Shown piece by piece: positions 1-8,445 of a DNA stretch of 42,419 nucleotides (its first letter is position 1; every line of letters begins with the position of its first letter). The stretch is taken from positions 1 to 42,419 of the forward strand of contig DATCEZ010000161.1 of the NCBI GenBank assembly GCA_036509775.1, in the 5' to 3' direction. The position numbers and the translations under genes are program-made. Under the pieces are notes generated by a model. The model was given only the letters and a program-made list of their open reading frames with translations, ran no database searches and was not told the DNA's origin. The DNA is from Acidimicrobiales bacterium (GTDB taxonomy: Bacteria; Actinomycetota; Acidimicrobiia; Acidimicrobiales; RAAP-2).

Positions 1-380
1 GACAAGACCCAGACTGGTGGCTCGGCGTCTGGGACGACACCCGTCCCGCAAATGAGCAAAGCGGGATCGCGCAGCTGTTCCGGCTGAACGAGAAGTGGCC
101 CTACCCGCTCATGCCGAGCGAGTACGTCAAGCGTCAGTTCCACGTGTCGTTCCAGGACGACCCCGTCGCGGTCGCCTGCCGCCACATCACGGGGTTGTCG
201 TCGATCGTGTGGGGAAATGACTACCCGCACGCCGAAGGGACGTTCCGTGGCAGCAAGCAGCTCATGAGCCAGCTGTTCGCCGGCGTACCCGACGACGAGC
301 GCGCCGCCATGGTCGGCGGCACGCTCGGCGACCTCCTGGGGTTCAAGGCGCCGCTTGCCGCCGTGCCCTCGGCCAACTAG
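1..380 (+). CDS. amidohydrolase-2 family protein, C-terminal part (5' end outside window)
   Basis: Frame 3 is open from the window edge to TGA 378-380. The translation ...QDPDWWLGVWDD...SSIVWGNDYPHAEGTF... carries the W-x-x-D-x-P-H motif of PF04909-type metal hydrolases/decarboxylases. It parallels MWSTDFPHNEST in the paralog at 20078-21250. Confidence 0.8.
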   Translation, partial: QDPDWWLGVWDDTRPANEQSGIAQLFRLNEKWPYPLMPSEYVKRQFHVSFQDDPVAVACRHITGLSSIVWGNDYPHAEGTFRGSKQLMSQLFAGVPDDERAAMVGGTLGDLLGFKAPLAAVPSAN

Positions 381-432
381 ACCGCCCGCGCAGTCCGGCA
401 ACAGCGAGACGAGGGCAGGGGTCGACGTGGAC

Positions 433-1332
433 ATGCACGGTTTCGAGGGACGCGTCGCGGTCGTCACGGGGGCGGGCCGCGGCATCGGCCGCGCCTATGC
501 CCGCCTCCTCGCCGACCGGGGCGCCAGTGTCGTCGTCAACGACCTCGGCGGCTCCATGCAAGGCCTCGGGACCGACGGTGCGGTGGCGTCCACCGTGGTT
601 GCCGAGATCGAGGCCGCGGGCGGATCTGCGCTGGCCGACAAGCACGATGTCGCCTCGCCGGAGGGTGCCGAGGCGCTGGTCGGTGCGGCCCTCGAGCGGT
701 TCGGGCGGCTCGACATCCTGATCAACAACGCCGGCATCATTCGATGGGGAGGGCTCCCCGACGTCGACGTGGAGAGCCTGCAGCGGCACCTCGCCGTCCA
801 CGTCCTGGGGTCGTTCAACACCACGCGGGCGGCCTGGCCCACGATGGTCGCGCAGGGCTACGGGCGCGTCGTCATGACAACGTCGTCGGGGGTCTTCGGC
901 CTGCCCAAGAACCTCTCCTACGCCACCGCCAAGGGCGGCGTTATCGGGCTGACGCGCAGCATCGCCACCATGAGCGAGGCCCACGGCATAAAGGTCAATC
1001 TCATCGCACCGGCGGCGATGACGCGCATGGCCGGACCAGACGCCGATGCGGACGACACAGCGTCGCCCATGGCACCGGACCAGGTGGCGCCGCTGGTGGC
1101 GTTCCTCGCCCACGAGGACTGTCCGGTCAACGGGGAGCTGTTCGCTGCCGGCGCCGGCCGGTTCGCCCGCATCTTCATTGCGTCCACCCCGGGCTATGTC
1201 GCCACGCAGCCCACCATTGAGGACGTGGCCGAGCACTGGGACGAGATCGTCAGCGAGGAGGGGTACGTCGTGCCGCGTGACCTCCCCGACTGGTCGACGT
1301 CGTTCCTGGCCCACCTGCAGGCCGACGAGTGA
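433..1332 (+). CDS. short-chain dehydrogenase/reductase (SDR)
   Basis: Part of ORF 355-1332. The Rossmann motif VAVVTGAGRGIGRAY follows ATG 433 directly (GTG 427 is an alternative start). NNAG and the catalytic YATAK motif are present, and a purine run GAGGGCAGGGG lies upstream. Confidence 0.9.
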   Translation: MHGFEGRVAVVTGAGRGIGRAYARLLADRGASVVVNDLGGSMQGLGTDGAVASTVVAEIEAAGGSALADKHDVASPEGAEALVGAALERFGRLDILINNAGIIRWGGLPDVDVESLQRHLAVHVLGSFNTTRAAWPTMVAQGYGRVVMTTSSGVFGLPKNLSYATAKGGVIGLTRSIATMSEAHGIKVNLIAPAAMTRMAGPDADADDTASPMAPDQVAPLVAFLAHEDCPVNGELFAAGAGRFARIFIASTPGYVATQPTIEDVAEHWDEIVSEEGYVVPRDLPDWSTSFLAHLQADE

Positions 1333-1359
1333 CGACGGACTGACGAAGAGGCCCGATCG

Positions 1360-2505
1360 ATGGACTTCTCACTCAACGAGACCGAACGCGACCTCGTCGG
1401 CCTCTGCCGCGACTTCGCCCAGCGCGAAATAGCCCCACGGGCGCCGCTGGCCTGGGAGGAGGCCCGCTGCCCGACCGACCTCCTGCGCGAAATGGGCGCC
1501 TTGGGCCTGCTCGGCATGCTCGTGCCCGAGCAGTGGGGTGGCATCGGCATGTCGACCGTCGGCTTCGTCGCCGCCATGGAGCAGATCGGCCACGCCGACC
1601 AGTCCGTCGCCGCCGCCTGGCAGGCCCACGTCACCATCGGCTCGCTCCCCCTCCTCCTCTTCGGCAGCGACGACCAGCGCGAGCGCTGGCTGCGCCCGCT
1701 GGCCGAAGGGCGGGTCCTGGGTGCCTTCGGGCTCACCGAGCCCGGCGCCGGGTCCGACGCCCGTGGCATTTCGACCCGGGCGCAACGACGCGACGGCGGG
1801 TGGCTGATCAACGGACGCAAGACCTTCATCTCCAACGCGGGGACCGACATGTCGTTCGGCGTCACCCTGCTGGCGCGCACGGAGCCCGTCGACGGCCGTG
1901 ATGGCTTCGCCAGCCTGGTCGTCGAGAAGGACACGCCGGGCTTCACCATGGGCCCGAAGATGCGCGGCATCGGTTGGCGCGGCCTCGACACCCGCGAGCT
2001 CTACCTCGACGACGTCTGGGTGCCCGACGAGCATCTGCTCGGCGATCCGAACCTGGGCCTCGGCCAGTTCCTACGCACGTTGGAGGTCGGACGGATCTCC
2101 ATCGCGGCACTGTCGCTCAGCCTGACGCAGGCCGTCCTCGACCTGGCCACCGCCTACGCGCAGGAGCGCACGCAGTTCGGGCAGCCCATTTCGAAGTTCC
2201 AGGCGGTGCAGTTCAAGCTGGCCGACATCGCCACCGAGCTCGAGGCGGCCCGCTGGCTCACCTACCGGGCCGCCTCCCTGCGCGACGCGGCCCAGCCGTT
2301 CCAGAAGGAGGCGGCCATGGCGAAGCTGAAGGCGAGCCGCGTGGCGGCCTGGGCGGCCTCTGAGGCGGTGCAGATCCACGGTGGGCTGGGTTACATGCTC
2401 GAGACCCCCGTCGCCCGCTTCTACTGCGACGCCAAGGTGCTCGAGATCGGCGAGGGCACGAACGAGATTCAGCATCTCGTCATCGCACGTCAGCTGGGCT
2501 GCTGA
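1360..2505 (+). CDS. acyl-CoA dehydrogenase
   Basis: 381 aa with ACAD hallmarks: GLTEPGAGSD, QIHGGLGYM and the C-terminal EIGEGTNEIQ with the catalytic Glu region. GAAGAGG lies about 9 nt upstream of the ATG. Confidence 0.95.
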   Translation: MDFSLNETERDLVGLCRDFAQREIAPRAPLAWEEARCPTDLLREMGALGLLGMLVPEQWGGIGMSTVGFVAAMEQIGHADQSVAAAWQAHVTIGSLPLLLFGSDDQRERWLRPLAEGRVLGAFGLTEPGAGSDARGISTRAQRRDGGWLINGRKTFISNAGTDMSFGVTLLARTEPVDGRDGFASLVVEKDTPGFTMGPKMRGIGWRGLDTRELYLDDVWVPDEHLLGDPNLGLGQFLRTLEVGRISIAALSLSLTQAVLDLATAYAQERTQFGQPISKFQAVQFKLADIATELEAARWLTYRAASLRDAAQPFQKEAAMAKLKASRVAAWAASEAVQIHGGLGYMLETPVARFYCDAKVLEIGEGTNEIQHLVIARQLGC

Positions 2506-2512
2506 CGGCTCG

Positions 2513-4504
2513 TTACACCGCGGCGAGCCGGCGCAGGGCGGCGGTGATGTCCTCGCGGTCGGGCAGCCAGGCTCGCTCGAGGTCGGGCGAATAGGGCGAT
2601 GGCGTCGGCGCGGCGCCGATGCGCTCAATCGGCGCATCGAGGTACCAGAAGCCCTCCCGCGCCACCGTGGCCGCGATTTCGGCGCCGATGCCGAAGGGCA
2701 TCACCGCCTCGTGCGCGATCAGGAGTCGGCTCGTCTTGCGCACCGAGGCCAGGATCGACTCCATGTCGAGCGGGGCCACCGTTCTGAGGTCGATCACTTC
2801 GACGGAGATCCCGTCCGCCTCCACGGCGGCGGCGGCCGCCACCGCTTCGTGCACCATGCGGGAGACCGAGACGACGGTGATGTCGCTGCCGGCCCGGACC
2901 ACGGCGGCTTTGCCGATCGGCAACAGGTAGTCGGCGGGCGGTTGCGGGCCCTTCATGCCGTACAGCTGCCGGTTCTCAATGAACACCACGGGGTTGGGGT
3001 CCTGTATGGAGGCCCGCAGGAGGCCGTAGGTGTCGGCCGGCGTCGACGGCATGACCACGGTCAACCCCGGGATGTGCGCCAGCAGCGCCTCCAGGCTCTG
3101 CGAGTGCTGGCTGCCCGACGAGCGGCCGGCGCCGAACTGGGTGCGTACGGTCAGGGCCATCTCCGCCGTGCCGCCGGTCATGAAGGGCAGTTTGGCGGCC
3201 TGGTTGAGCAACTGGTCGAAGCAGACCCCGATGAAGTCGAGGTACATGAGCTCGACCACGGGGCGCATGCCGGCCATGGCCGACCCCACGCCCAGACCAA
3301 TGATGGCCGTCTCCGAGATGGGCGTGTCCCGAACGCGCCCGGGGAACTCCTCGGCCAGCCCGCGGGTGAGACCGAAGACGTTGCCGCCGGCGCCCACGTC
3401 GACGCCGGCGATGAAGACACGGTCGTCCTCGGCCAGCTCGGCGGCCAGGGCGGAGCGGACGGCGTCCATGGTGCGGAAGACCGGCGCGTCGGCGGCCGGC
3501 GCCGCCGGTTCGGGCCGCGCCGCCCGCGCCCGTAGGACAAAGTCCGTCAGCGTCGCGGGGTCGGGGTTCGCCAGCCGGCGCGCCGCCTCGACCGCACCGT
3601 CGAGCGCCGCCGTCGTCGAGGCCTCCAGGGCCTTGAGGTCGTCGTCCCTCACGCCCGCCGCACGCAGTGCGGCCTCGTGCACCAGGAGAGGGTCGCGGGC
3701 GCGCCACTCCTCGAGCTCGTCCGCCGAGCGGTAGCGCTCGGGGTCGCCCTCGTAGTGCCCGTGCCAGCGGTAGGTCGCGGCTTCCACCACGAAAGGCCCG
3801 TCGCCGTCGCGCACCCTGTCGACGACCTGCGTCATGACCGACGCCGTCGCCACGACGTCATTGCCGTCCACGGCAACGAAGGGAATGCCGTAGCCGGCTG
3901 CCCGGAGCTCGAGTGACGCCGCATGTTGGGTGGAAGCCGGGGAGAACTCGGCGTAGCCATTGTTCTCGCAGAAGAAGATGACCGGGAGCTTCCAGACGGC
4001 GGCGAGATTCAACGCCTCGTGGAACGCGCCCTGCGCCACCGCGCCGTCGCCGAAGAAGGCCACGGTCACGGTGCCGTCGTTGCGGAGTTGCGCCGCGGTG
4101 GCGGCCCCCGCCGCGATCGGCACGCCCGCGGCCACAATCCCGTTGGCACCGAAGATCCCGAGCGTGGGGTCGGCGATGTGCATTGAGCCGCCGCGGCCCC
4201 GATTGGTGCCCTGGTCCTTGCCCATCAGCTCGGCGAACATGCCGGCCGGCTCCAGTCCTTTGGCCAGGCAGTGGCCGTGGCCGCGGTGCGTCGATGTGAT
4301 GACGTCGGCCGCGCCCAGGGGCCAGCAGGCGCCGACGGCGGTCGCTTCCTGGCCGGTGGACAGGTGGACGAAACCGGGGACCTCGCCGTCACGGTAGAGC
4401 GCGGCCACCCGCTCCTCGAAGCCACGGATCAGCACCATCCGGCGCTGCATCTCGAGCAGGTCGACCAGCGAAAAGGGCGACGGAGCCGGGAAGTCGACGG
4501 TCAT
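2513..4504 (-). CDS. 2-oxoacid/acetoin dehydrogenase E1 component, alpha and beta subunits fused (ThDP-dependent)
   Basis: 663 aa. The N-terminal half has the E1-alpha ThDP motif GDGAVAQGAFHEALNLAAVWKLPVIFFCENNGY. After a Pro/Ala linker (ARPEPAAPAADAP), the C-terminal half is E1-beta-like (FIAGVDVG...DTPISETAIIGLGVGSAMAGMRPVVE). Confidence 0.9.
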   Translation of the reverse strand: MTVDFPAPSPFSLVDLLEMQRRMVLIRGFEERVAALYRDGEVPGFVHLSTGQEATAVGACWPLGAADVITSTHRGHGHCLAKGLEPAGMFAELMGKDQGTNRGRGGSMHIADPTLGIFGANGIVAAGVPIAAGAATAAQLRNDGTVTVAFFGDGAVAQGAFHEALNLAAVWKLPVIFFCENNGYAEFSPASTQHAASLELRAAGYGIPFVAVDGNDVVATASVMTQVVDRVRDGDGPFVVEAATYRWHGHYEGDPERYRSADELEEWRARDPLLVHEAALRAAGVRDDDLKALEASTTAALDGAVEAARRLANPDPATLTDFVLRARAARPEPAAPAADAPVFRTMDAVRSALAAELAEDDRVFIAGVDVGAGGNVFGLTRGLAEEFPGRVRDTPISETAIIGLGVGSAMAGMRPVVELMYLDFIGVCFDQLLNQAAKLPFMTGGTAEMALTVRTQFGAGRSSGSQHSQSLEALLAHIPGLTVVMPSTPADTYGLLRASIQDPNPVVFIENRQLYGMKGPQPPADYLLPIGKAAVVRAGSDITVVSVSRMVHEAVAAAAAVEADGISVEVIDLRTVAPLDMESILASVRKTSRLLIAHEAVMPFGIGAEIAATVAREGFWYLDAPIERIGAAPTPSPYSPDLERAWLPDREDITAALRRLAAV

Positions 4505-4512
4505 CGACCGTG

Positions 4513-4519
4513 TACTGTA
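4513..4519. promoter_or_regulatory. face-to-face overlapping -10 hexamers TACTGT (plus, SDR) and TACAGT (minus, E1 fusion) in a 29-41-bp divergent spacer
   Basis: The plus strand reads cgaccgtgTACTGTActggtcg. TACTGT is at 4513-4518 and the reverse complement of 4514-4519 is TACAGT, which lies 9 nt before ATG 4504. The spacer also contains three GTAC tetramers flanked by CGACC/GGTCG. Confidence 0.3.
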
Positions 4520-4545
4520 CTGGTCGGTACAACATGAGGGAAACG

Positions 4546-5325
4546 ATGATCGAGCAGATCGAGATACCCGAGTCGTTCCCGGGTCCGGGGGCGGTCTCGG
4601 GCAAGCGGGTCGTCATCACCGGCGCCAGCCGCGGGCTCGGCGCCCTCCTCGCCCACGCCTTCTCGCAGGCCGGTGCCTCGGTGGCACTCGTCGCCCGGAC
4701 CGAACGCGATCTGAAGGCGGTGGCGGCGGCCCTCCCCGGAGCGTCCCTCGTGGTGAGTGGTGACGTGACCGACGAGGACTTCAACGAGTCGGTGGCCGAC
4801 GCCACGGTGGCCGAATGGGGCGGCGTCGACGCCTGGATCTGCAACGCCGGCATCTCACCGGTCGTGGCCGGTCCGCGCGAGACCGAGGCCGCCACGTGGC
4901 GCCAGGTCATTGAGGTCAACCTGACGGGCTCGTTCCTCGGAGCCCGCGCCGCGGCCCGCGTGATGGGCGAGGGTGGACGCCTCATCTTCACCGGATCGGT
5001 CCTGGGCGAGCGGCCCCGCAAGGGACTGTCCGCCTACAGCGCCTCCAAGGCCGGGCTGGTCGGCGTGGCCAAGGGACTCGCGCTCGACCTGGCACCCGCC
5101 GGCATCACGGTGAACGTCGTGGCGCCGGGGTGGTTCGAGTCGCCGCTCGCCGACGAATGGATGCACAACCCCAAGCTCTCCGCCGCCATCACCAGCCACA
5201 CGGCGCAGCAGCGCTGGGGCACGTCCACCGACCTCGCCGCCGCCTATCAGTTCCTGGCCTCCGACGCCTCCGCCTTCATCACCGGCACCGTGCTGAGCGT
5301 CGACGGCGGATACTTGTTGGTATGA
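4546..5325 (+). CDS. SDR family oxidoreductase
   Basis: Motifs KRVVITGASRGLG, NAG and YSASK. The start is uncertain (GTG 4510, ATG 4534, ATG 4546). I prefer 4546 because GAGGG lies 5 nt upstream. The TGA stop overlaps the next start (ATGA at 5322-5325). Confidence 0.85.
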   Translation: MIEQIEIPESFPGPGAVSGKRVVITGASRGLGALLAHAFSQAGASVALVARTERDLKAVAAALPGASLVVSGDVTDEDFNESVADATVAEWGGVDAWICNAGISPVVAGPRETEAATWRQVIEVNLTGSFLGARAAARVMGEGGRLIFTGSVLGERPRKGLSAYSASKAGLVGVAKGLALDLAPAGITVNVVAPGWFESPLADEWMHNPKLSAAITSHTAQQRWGTSTDLAAAYQFLASDASAFITGTVLSVDGGYLLV

Positions 5326-6074
5326 CGGCGACGCGACGGGTCGTGACGATCATCGGCGCGGGCGGGGCACTCGGTGCCGCCGTGTCGAAACAGCTGGCCG
5401 GCGAGCCCTCCACCGATCTCATGCTCAGCGACGTGAGCGCGGCCACGCTCGACGCCACGGTGGCCGGTCTCGGTCCCGCGGACGGTGTCGGGTCGGTCGA
5501 GACGATGCTGGCCGACGTGAGCGACTACGACCAGGTCGAGGCCGTGATCACGCGCACGGTGGAGCGCTTCGGCCGGCTCGATGTCCTCGTCAGCAACGCC
5601 GGCGTGCTCTCCCCCAACGGCCGCATCCACAATCTGACGACCGAGGACTGGGAGCGCGCCTTCCGGGTCAATGTGCTCGGCGCCGCCAACGGCATCCGTG
5701 CCGCCGTCGGTGTGATGCGGCCGCAGCACGCAGGCTCCATCATTTTGACCGCCTCGGTCTCCGGTCTGACCGCGTGGTCGCACGCCGCCCCCTACTGCGC
5801 GACCAAGGCGGCGGTCATACAGCTGGCCAAGGTCGCCGCCGTCGAGTACGCCCGCGACGGCATTCGCGTCAACTGCGTGTGCCCCGGATCGTTCCGCTCG
5901 GCCATTCACGACGACCTTCCCCCGGACGCCCTCGACGCCGTGGCCGCCCGTCACCCGCTCGGTCTCGGCACGGCCACCGACCTCGTGGGCGCGTACTCCT
6001 ACCTGGCCGGTGAGGCGTCCCGCTGGACGACGGGATCGGCGCTCGTGGTCGACGGTGGTTACTCGGCCCCGTGA
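5322..6074 (+). CDS. SDR family oxidoreductase
   Basis: Motifs VVTIIGAGGALG, NAGV and YCATK. The ATG overlaps the stop of the previous SDR, which suggests translational coupling. The 5130 extension in the ORF track is Arg-rich junk that overlaps the previous gene. Confidence 0.9.
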   Translation: MTATRRVVTIIGAGGALGAAVSKQLAGEPSTDLMLSDVSAATLDATVAGLGPADGVGSVETMLADVSDYDQVEAVITRTVERFGRLDVLVSNAGVLSPNGRIHNLTTEDWERAFRVNVLGAANGIRAAVGVMRPQHAGSIILTASVSGLTAWSHAAPYCATKAAVIQLAKVAAVEYARDGIRVNCVCPGSFRSAIHDDLPPDALDAVAARHPLGLGTATDLVGAYSYLAGEASRWTTGSALVVDGGYSAP

Positions 6075-6080
6075 GGAGCG

Positions 6081-6719
6081 TTACCGGGGTGGATCGGCAG
6101 CCGGGTTCGGGTTCGTGATGCCCTGCATGAAGATGTCCGCGAAGGGCTTCGCCACGTCGCGCGCCGAGAGCTCCCCACCCGGCTTCAGCCAGAGATACGT
6201 GTAGTTGTGCATGCCCAACCACGCCATGGCGGTCAGTCGGGGCTCGAGGTCACGGAACTCGCCCGTGTCGACGCCAGCCTGCAGGACGGCCTCCACTCTC
6301 TGCTCGTAGGCATGTCGGCGTTGACGGAACTGCTCGGCCCGTTCGCCGGTGAGCGCCGGGAATTCGTGCAGGAAGACCCAGACGTGATCGGGGTAGCGGT
6401 GGATGACGTCGAGAAGCTCCTCGCCGAGCATGGCCAGCTGCCGCGAGGGCGAACCACCTGCGTGCGCGACGCGATCGGCACCGAGCATCACCTCGTCCAT
6501 CACCCGGTCGTGGATGGCGGCGAGCAGGTCCTCTTTCGAGCCGATGTAGTGGTACAGCGCGCCCTTGCCGAGATCGTTGGCGACGCACAGCTCGGTGATG
6601 CCAGTCGCGTGGTAACCGCCCCGGGCGAACACACCGGCGGACGTGTCGATGATCGCCTGGTACCGCGCCTCCCAGTTCGCCTTCCGCCGAGAGTCGCCGG
6701 TCGCTTCCGCCCGTGCCAT
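6081..6719 (-). CDS. TetR/AcrR family transcriptional regulator
   Basis: The 212-aa product from ATG 6719 has the N-terminal helix-turn-helix FARGGYHATGITELCVANDLGKGALYHYIGSKEDLL. The upstream part of ORF 6081-6974 has no TetR similarity. A TAGTGT -10 box lies 8 nt upstream. Confidence 0.9.
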   Translation of the reverse strand: MARAEATGDSRRKANWEARYQAIIDTSAGVFARGGYHATGITELCVANDLGKGALYHYIGSKEDLLAAIHDRVMDEVMLGADRVAHAGGSPSRQLAMLGEELLDVIHRYPDHVWVFLHEFPALTGERAEQFRQRRHAYEQRVEAVLQAGVDTGEFRDLEPRLTAMAWLGMHNYTYLWLKPGGELSARDVAKPFADIFMQGITNPNPAADPPR

Positions 6720-6727
6720 TGAATGGG

Positions 6728-6733
6728 ACACTA
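6728..6733 (-). promoter_or_regulatory. -10 hexamer TAGTGT, 8 nt upstream of the tetR ATG (leaderless or near-leaderless)
   Basis: The minus strand reads GGCCCGC TAGTGT CCCATTCA ATG. The same hexamer precedes marR and the SDR gene starting at 25482. There is no SD between the hexamer and the ATG. Confidence 0.4.
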
Positions 6734-6736
6734 GCG

Positions 6737-6758
6737 GGCCGCCGGTCGATGGGCGGCC
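6737..6758. promoter_or_regulatory. inverted repeat GGCCGCC-N8-GGCGGCC over the tetR promoter spacer/-35 zone (candidate operator)
   Basis: Perfect 7-bp arms at 6737-6743 and 6752-6758. Further palindromes in the same 166-bp divergent region are GCCGATCGGC (6769-6778) and ACGCATGCGT (6841-6850). Confidence 0.3.
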
Positions 6759-6835
6759 GTGGTCGAGCGCCGATCGGCCGCCACGTCGCCAGGTGGCGCG
6801 GCCGCATCCCTCGGAGCAGTAAGGAGTCGACAGTC

Positions 6836-6889
6836 GTGTTACGCATGCGTTCCGAGACCTTCCGGCTCCTTGTCGGGTCGCGCCCGTGA
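6836..6889 (+). other. 17-codon upstream ORF (VLRMRSETFRLLVGSRP) whose stop overlaps the acyl-CoA ligase start (GTGA)
   Basis: AAGGAG at 6821-6826 is the only strong SD in the intergenic region and lies 9 nt before GTG 6836. The uORF stop TGA is at 6887-6889 and the ligase GTG is at 6886-6888. The ligase frame has no earlier start codon after TAA 6820-6822 and no SD of its own. Confidence 0.3.
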
Positions 6890-8445
6890 CCACCGTGCCA
6901 TTCGATTCGGCGGACGTGAACTGGTGCAATGTGCTCACCCACCACGCCGGACGGACGCCGGACAAGGTCCTCACGCTCTTCGAGGGTGAGGCGGTGACCT
7001 ACGCAGAGATGGCGCGCCGCGTTGCCGCGCTGGCCGGTGGCCTGAGCGGGCGCGGGGTCGGACCCGGCGACGTGGTGGCGATCCTGTCGTACAACTGCCC
7101 GGAGTTCCTCGAAGCGCTCTTCGCCGCCAACCACCTCGGCGCCATCGCCATGCCCATCAACTGGCGGCTTGCCGCCCCCGAGGTGCGCTACATCCTGGAG
7201 CACTCGGGCGCGCGGGCCTTGGTCTGCGACGTCGCGTTGCTCCCACTGGCCGACGAGGCCATCGCCGGCCTCGACCACGTCCCCGTGCGCATCAGCATTG
7301 CGCCCGTCGACACGCCAGGCTGGACGAGCCTCGCCGACCTTCGGCGCAACGTCGGCGAGGTGGAACCTGCGGCCGCGGTGGTCGCGGTGGCAGCGGCCGG
7401 CGACGATGTCCACCGGCTGATGTACACCTCTGGGACAACCGGCCGGCCCAAGGGCGTCATGCTCACGCACGCCAACCTGGCCTGGAAGAATCTGGCCCAC
7501 ATCGTCGAATTCGGGTTCACCAGTGCCGACCTCGGCCTGGCCTGTGGCCCGCTGTACCACGTCGGCGCGCTGGACCTGACGACGACGTCGCTCATCGCCG
7601 CCGGCGCCACGACCATCGTCCACCGTGCGTTCGACGCGGCCGCGGTGGTCGACGAAGTCGAGCGCTCCCGGGTCACCGCCGTGTGGCTGGCGCCCGCCAT
7701 GGTGAACGCCATCATGTCGCTGCCCGGCATTGAGCAGCGGGATCTCTCGTCCATCCGGGTCGTCATCAACGGCGGCGAGAAGATGCCGATCCCGCTGATA
7801 GAGCGGATTCAGCGTGTCTTTCCGTCGGCCTGGTTCGCCGATGCCTACGGCATGACCGAGACCGTCTCGGGCGACACGTTCCTCGACCGCAAGAGCATTA
7901 TCACCAAGCTCGGCTCCGTGGGCCGCCCCTGCCTCTACCTCGAGCTCGACTTGTGGGACGAGGACGGCAACACAGTGCCCGCCGGAGAACAGGGGGAGAT
8001 CGTCATGCGGGGGCCCAAGGTCTTCAAGGGGTACTGGCGGGACGAGGCGGCGACATCGGCCGCCTTCACCCGGGGCTGGTTCCACACGGGCGACATCGGC
8101 GTCCGCGATGAGGACGGCTACCTCTTCATCGTCGACCGGTTGAAGGACATGATCGTGTCGGGTGGCGAGAACATCGCCAGCTCCGAGATTGAGCGCGTCC
8201 TCTACGAGCACGACGCTGTCCTCGAGGCCGCCGTCGTCGGCCGTCCCGACGCGCGGTGGGGCGAGGTGCCGACGGCGTTCGTGGTCCTCCGCCCGGGCGC
8301 CGAAGTCACACCGGACGCGCTCGTCGCGTATTGCCAGGCGCAACTGGCACGCTTCAAGGTCCCCAAAGAGGTCACGTTCGTCGATGCGCTCCCGCGGAAT
8401 CCCTCGGGCAAGGTGCTCAAGCGTGAGCTCCGGGCGGCAGGGTGA
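6886..8445 (+). CDS. AMP-dependent acyl-CoA synthetase/ligase (FadD-like)
   Basis: 519 aa with the AMP-binding motif MYTSGTTGRPKGVML, plus GYWRDE, GWFHTGDIG...DRLKDMIVSGGENI and the C-terminal PRNPSGKVLKREL. Confidence 0.92.
   Translation: MTTVPFDSADVNWCNVLTHHAGRTPDKVLTLFEGEAVTYAEMARRVAALAGGLSGRGVGPGDVVAILSYNCPEFLEALFAANHLGAIAMPINWRLAAPEVRYILEHSGARALVCDVALLPLADEAIAGLDHVPVRISIAPVDTPGWTSLADLRRNVGEVEPAAAVVAVAAAGDDVHRLMYTSGTTGRPKGVMLTHANLAWKNLAHIVEFGFTSADLGLACGPLYHVGALDLTTTSLIAAGATTIVHRAFDAAAVVDEVERSRVTAVWLAPAMVNAIMSLPGIEQRDLSSIRVVINGGEKMPIPLIERIQRVFPSAWFADAYGMTETVSGDTFLDRKSIITKLGSVGRPCLYLELDLWDEDGNTVPAGEQGEIVMRGPKVFKGYWRDEAATSAAFTRGWFHTGDIGVRDEDGYLFIVDRLKDMIVSGGENIASSEIERVLYEHDAVLEAAVVGRPDARWGEVPTAFVVLRPGAEVTPDALVAYCQAQLARFKVPKEVTFVDALPRNPSGKVLKRELRAAG

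Noticed and set aside
343-1314. 323-aa minus-strand ORF antisense to the first SDR gene. Similar long antisense or out-of-frame ORFs are 2381-3535(+), 2976-3707(-), 6250-8343(-), 17668-18852(+), 19062-20183(+), 20201-21391(+), 21322-23415(-), 25443-26774(-), 26852-28186(-), 29666-30763(+) and 35838-37421(-).
   Set aside because: Their translations are Arg/Gly/Pro/Ala-rich and low in complexity, with no recognisable motifs. Each lies opposite or out of frame to a gene with clear family signatures. These are typical shadow ORFs of high-GC DNA.
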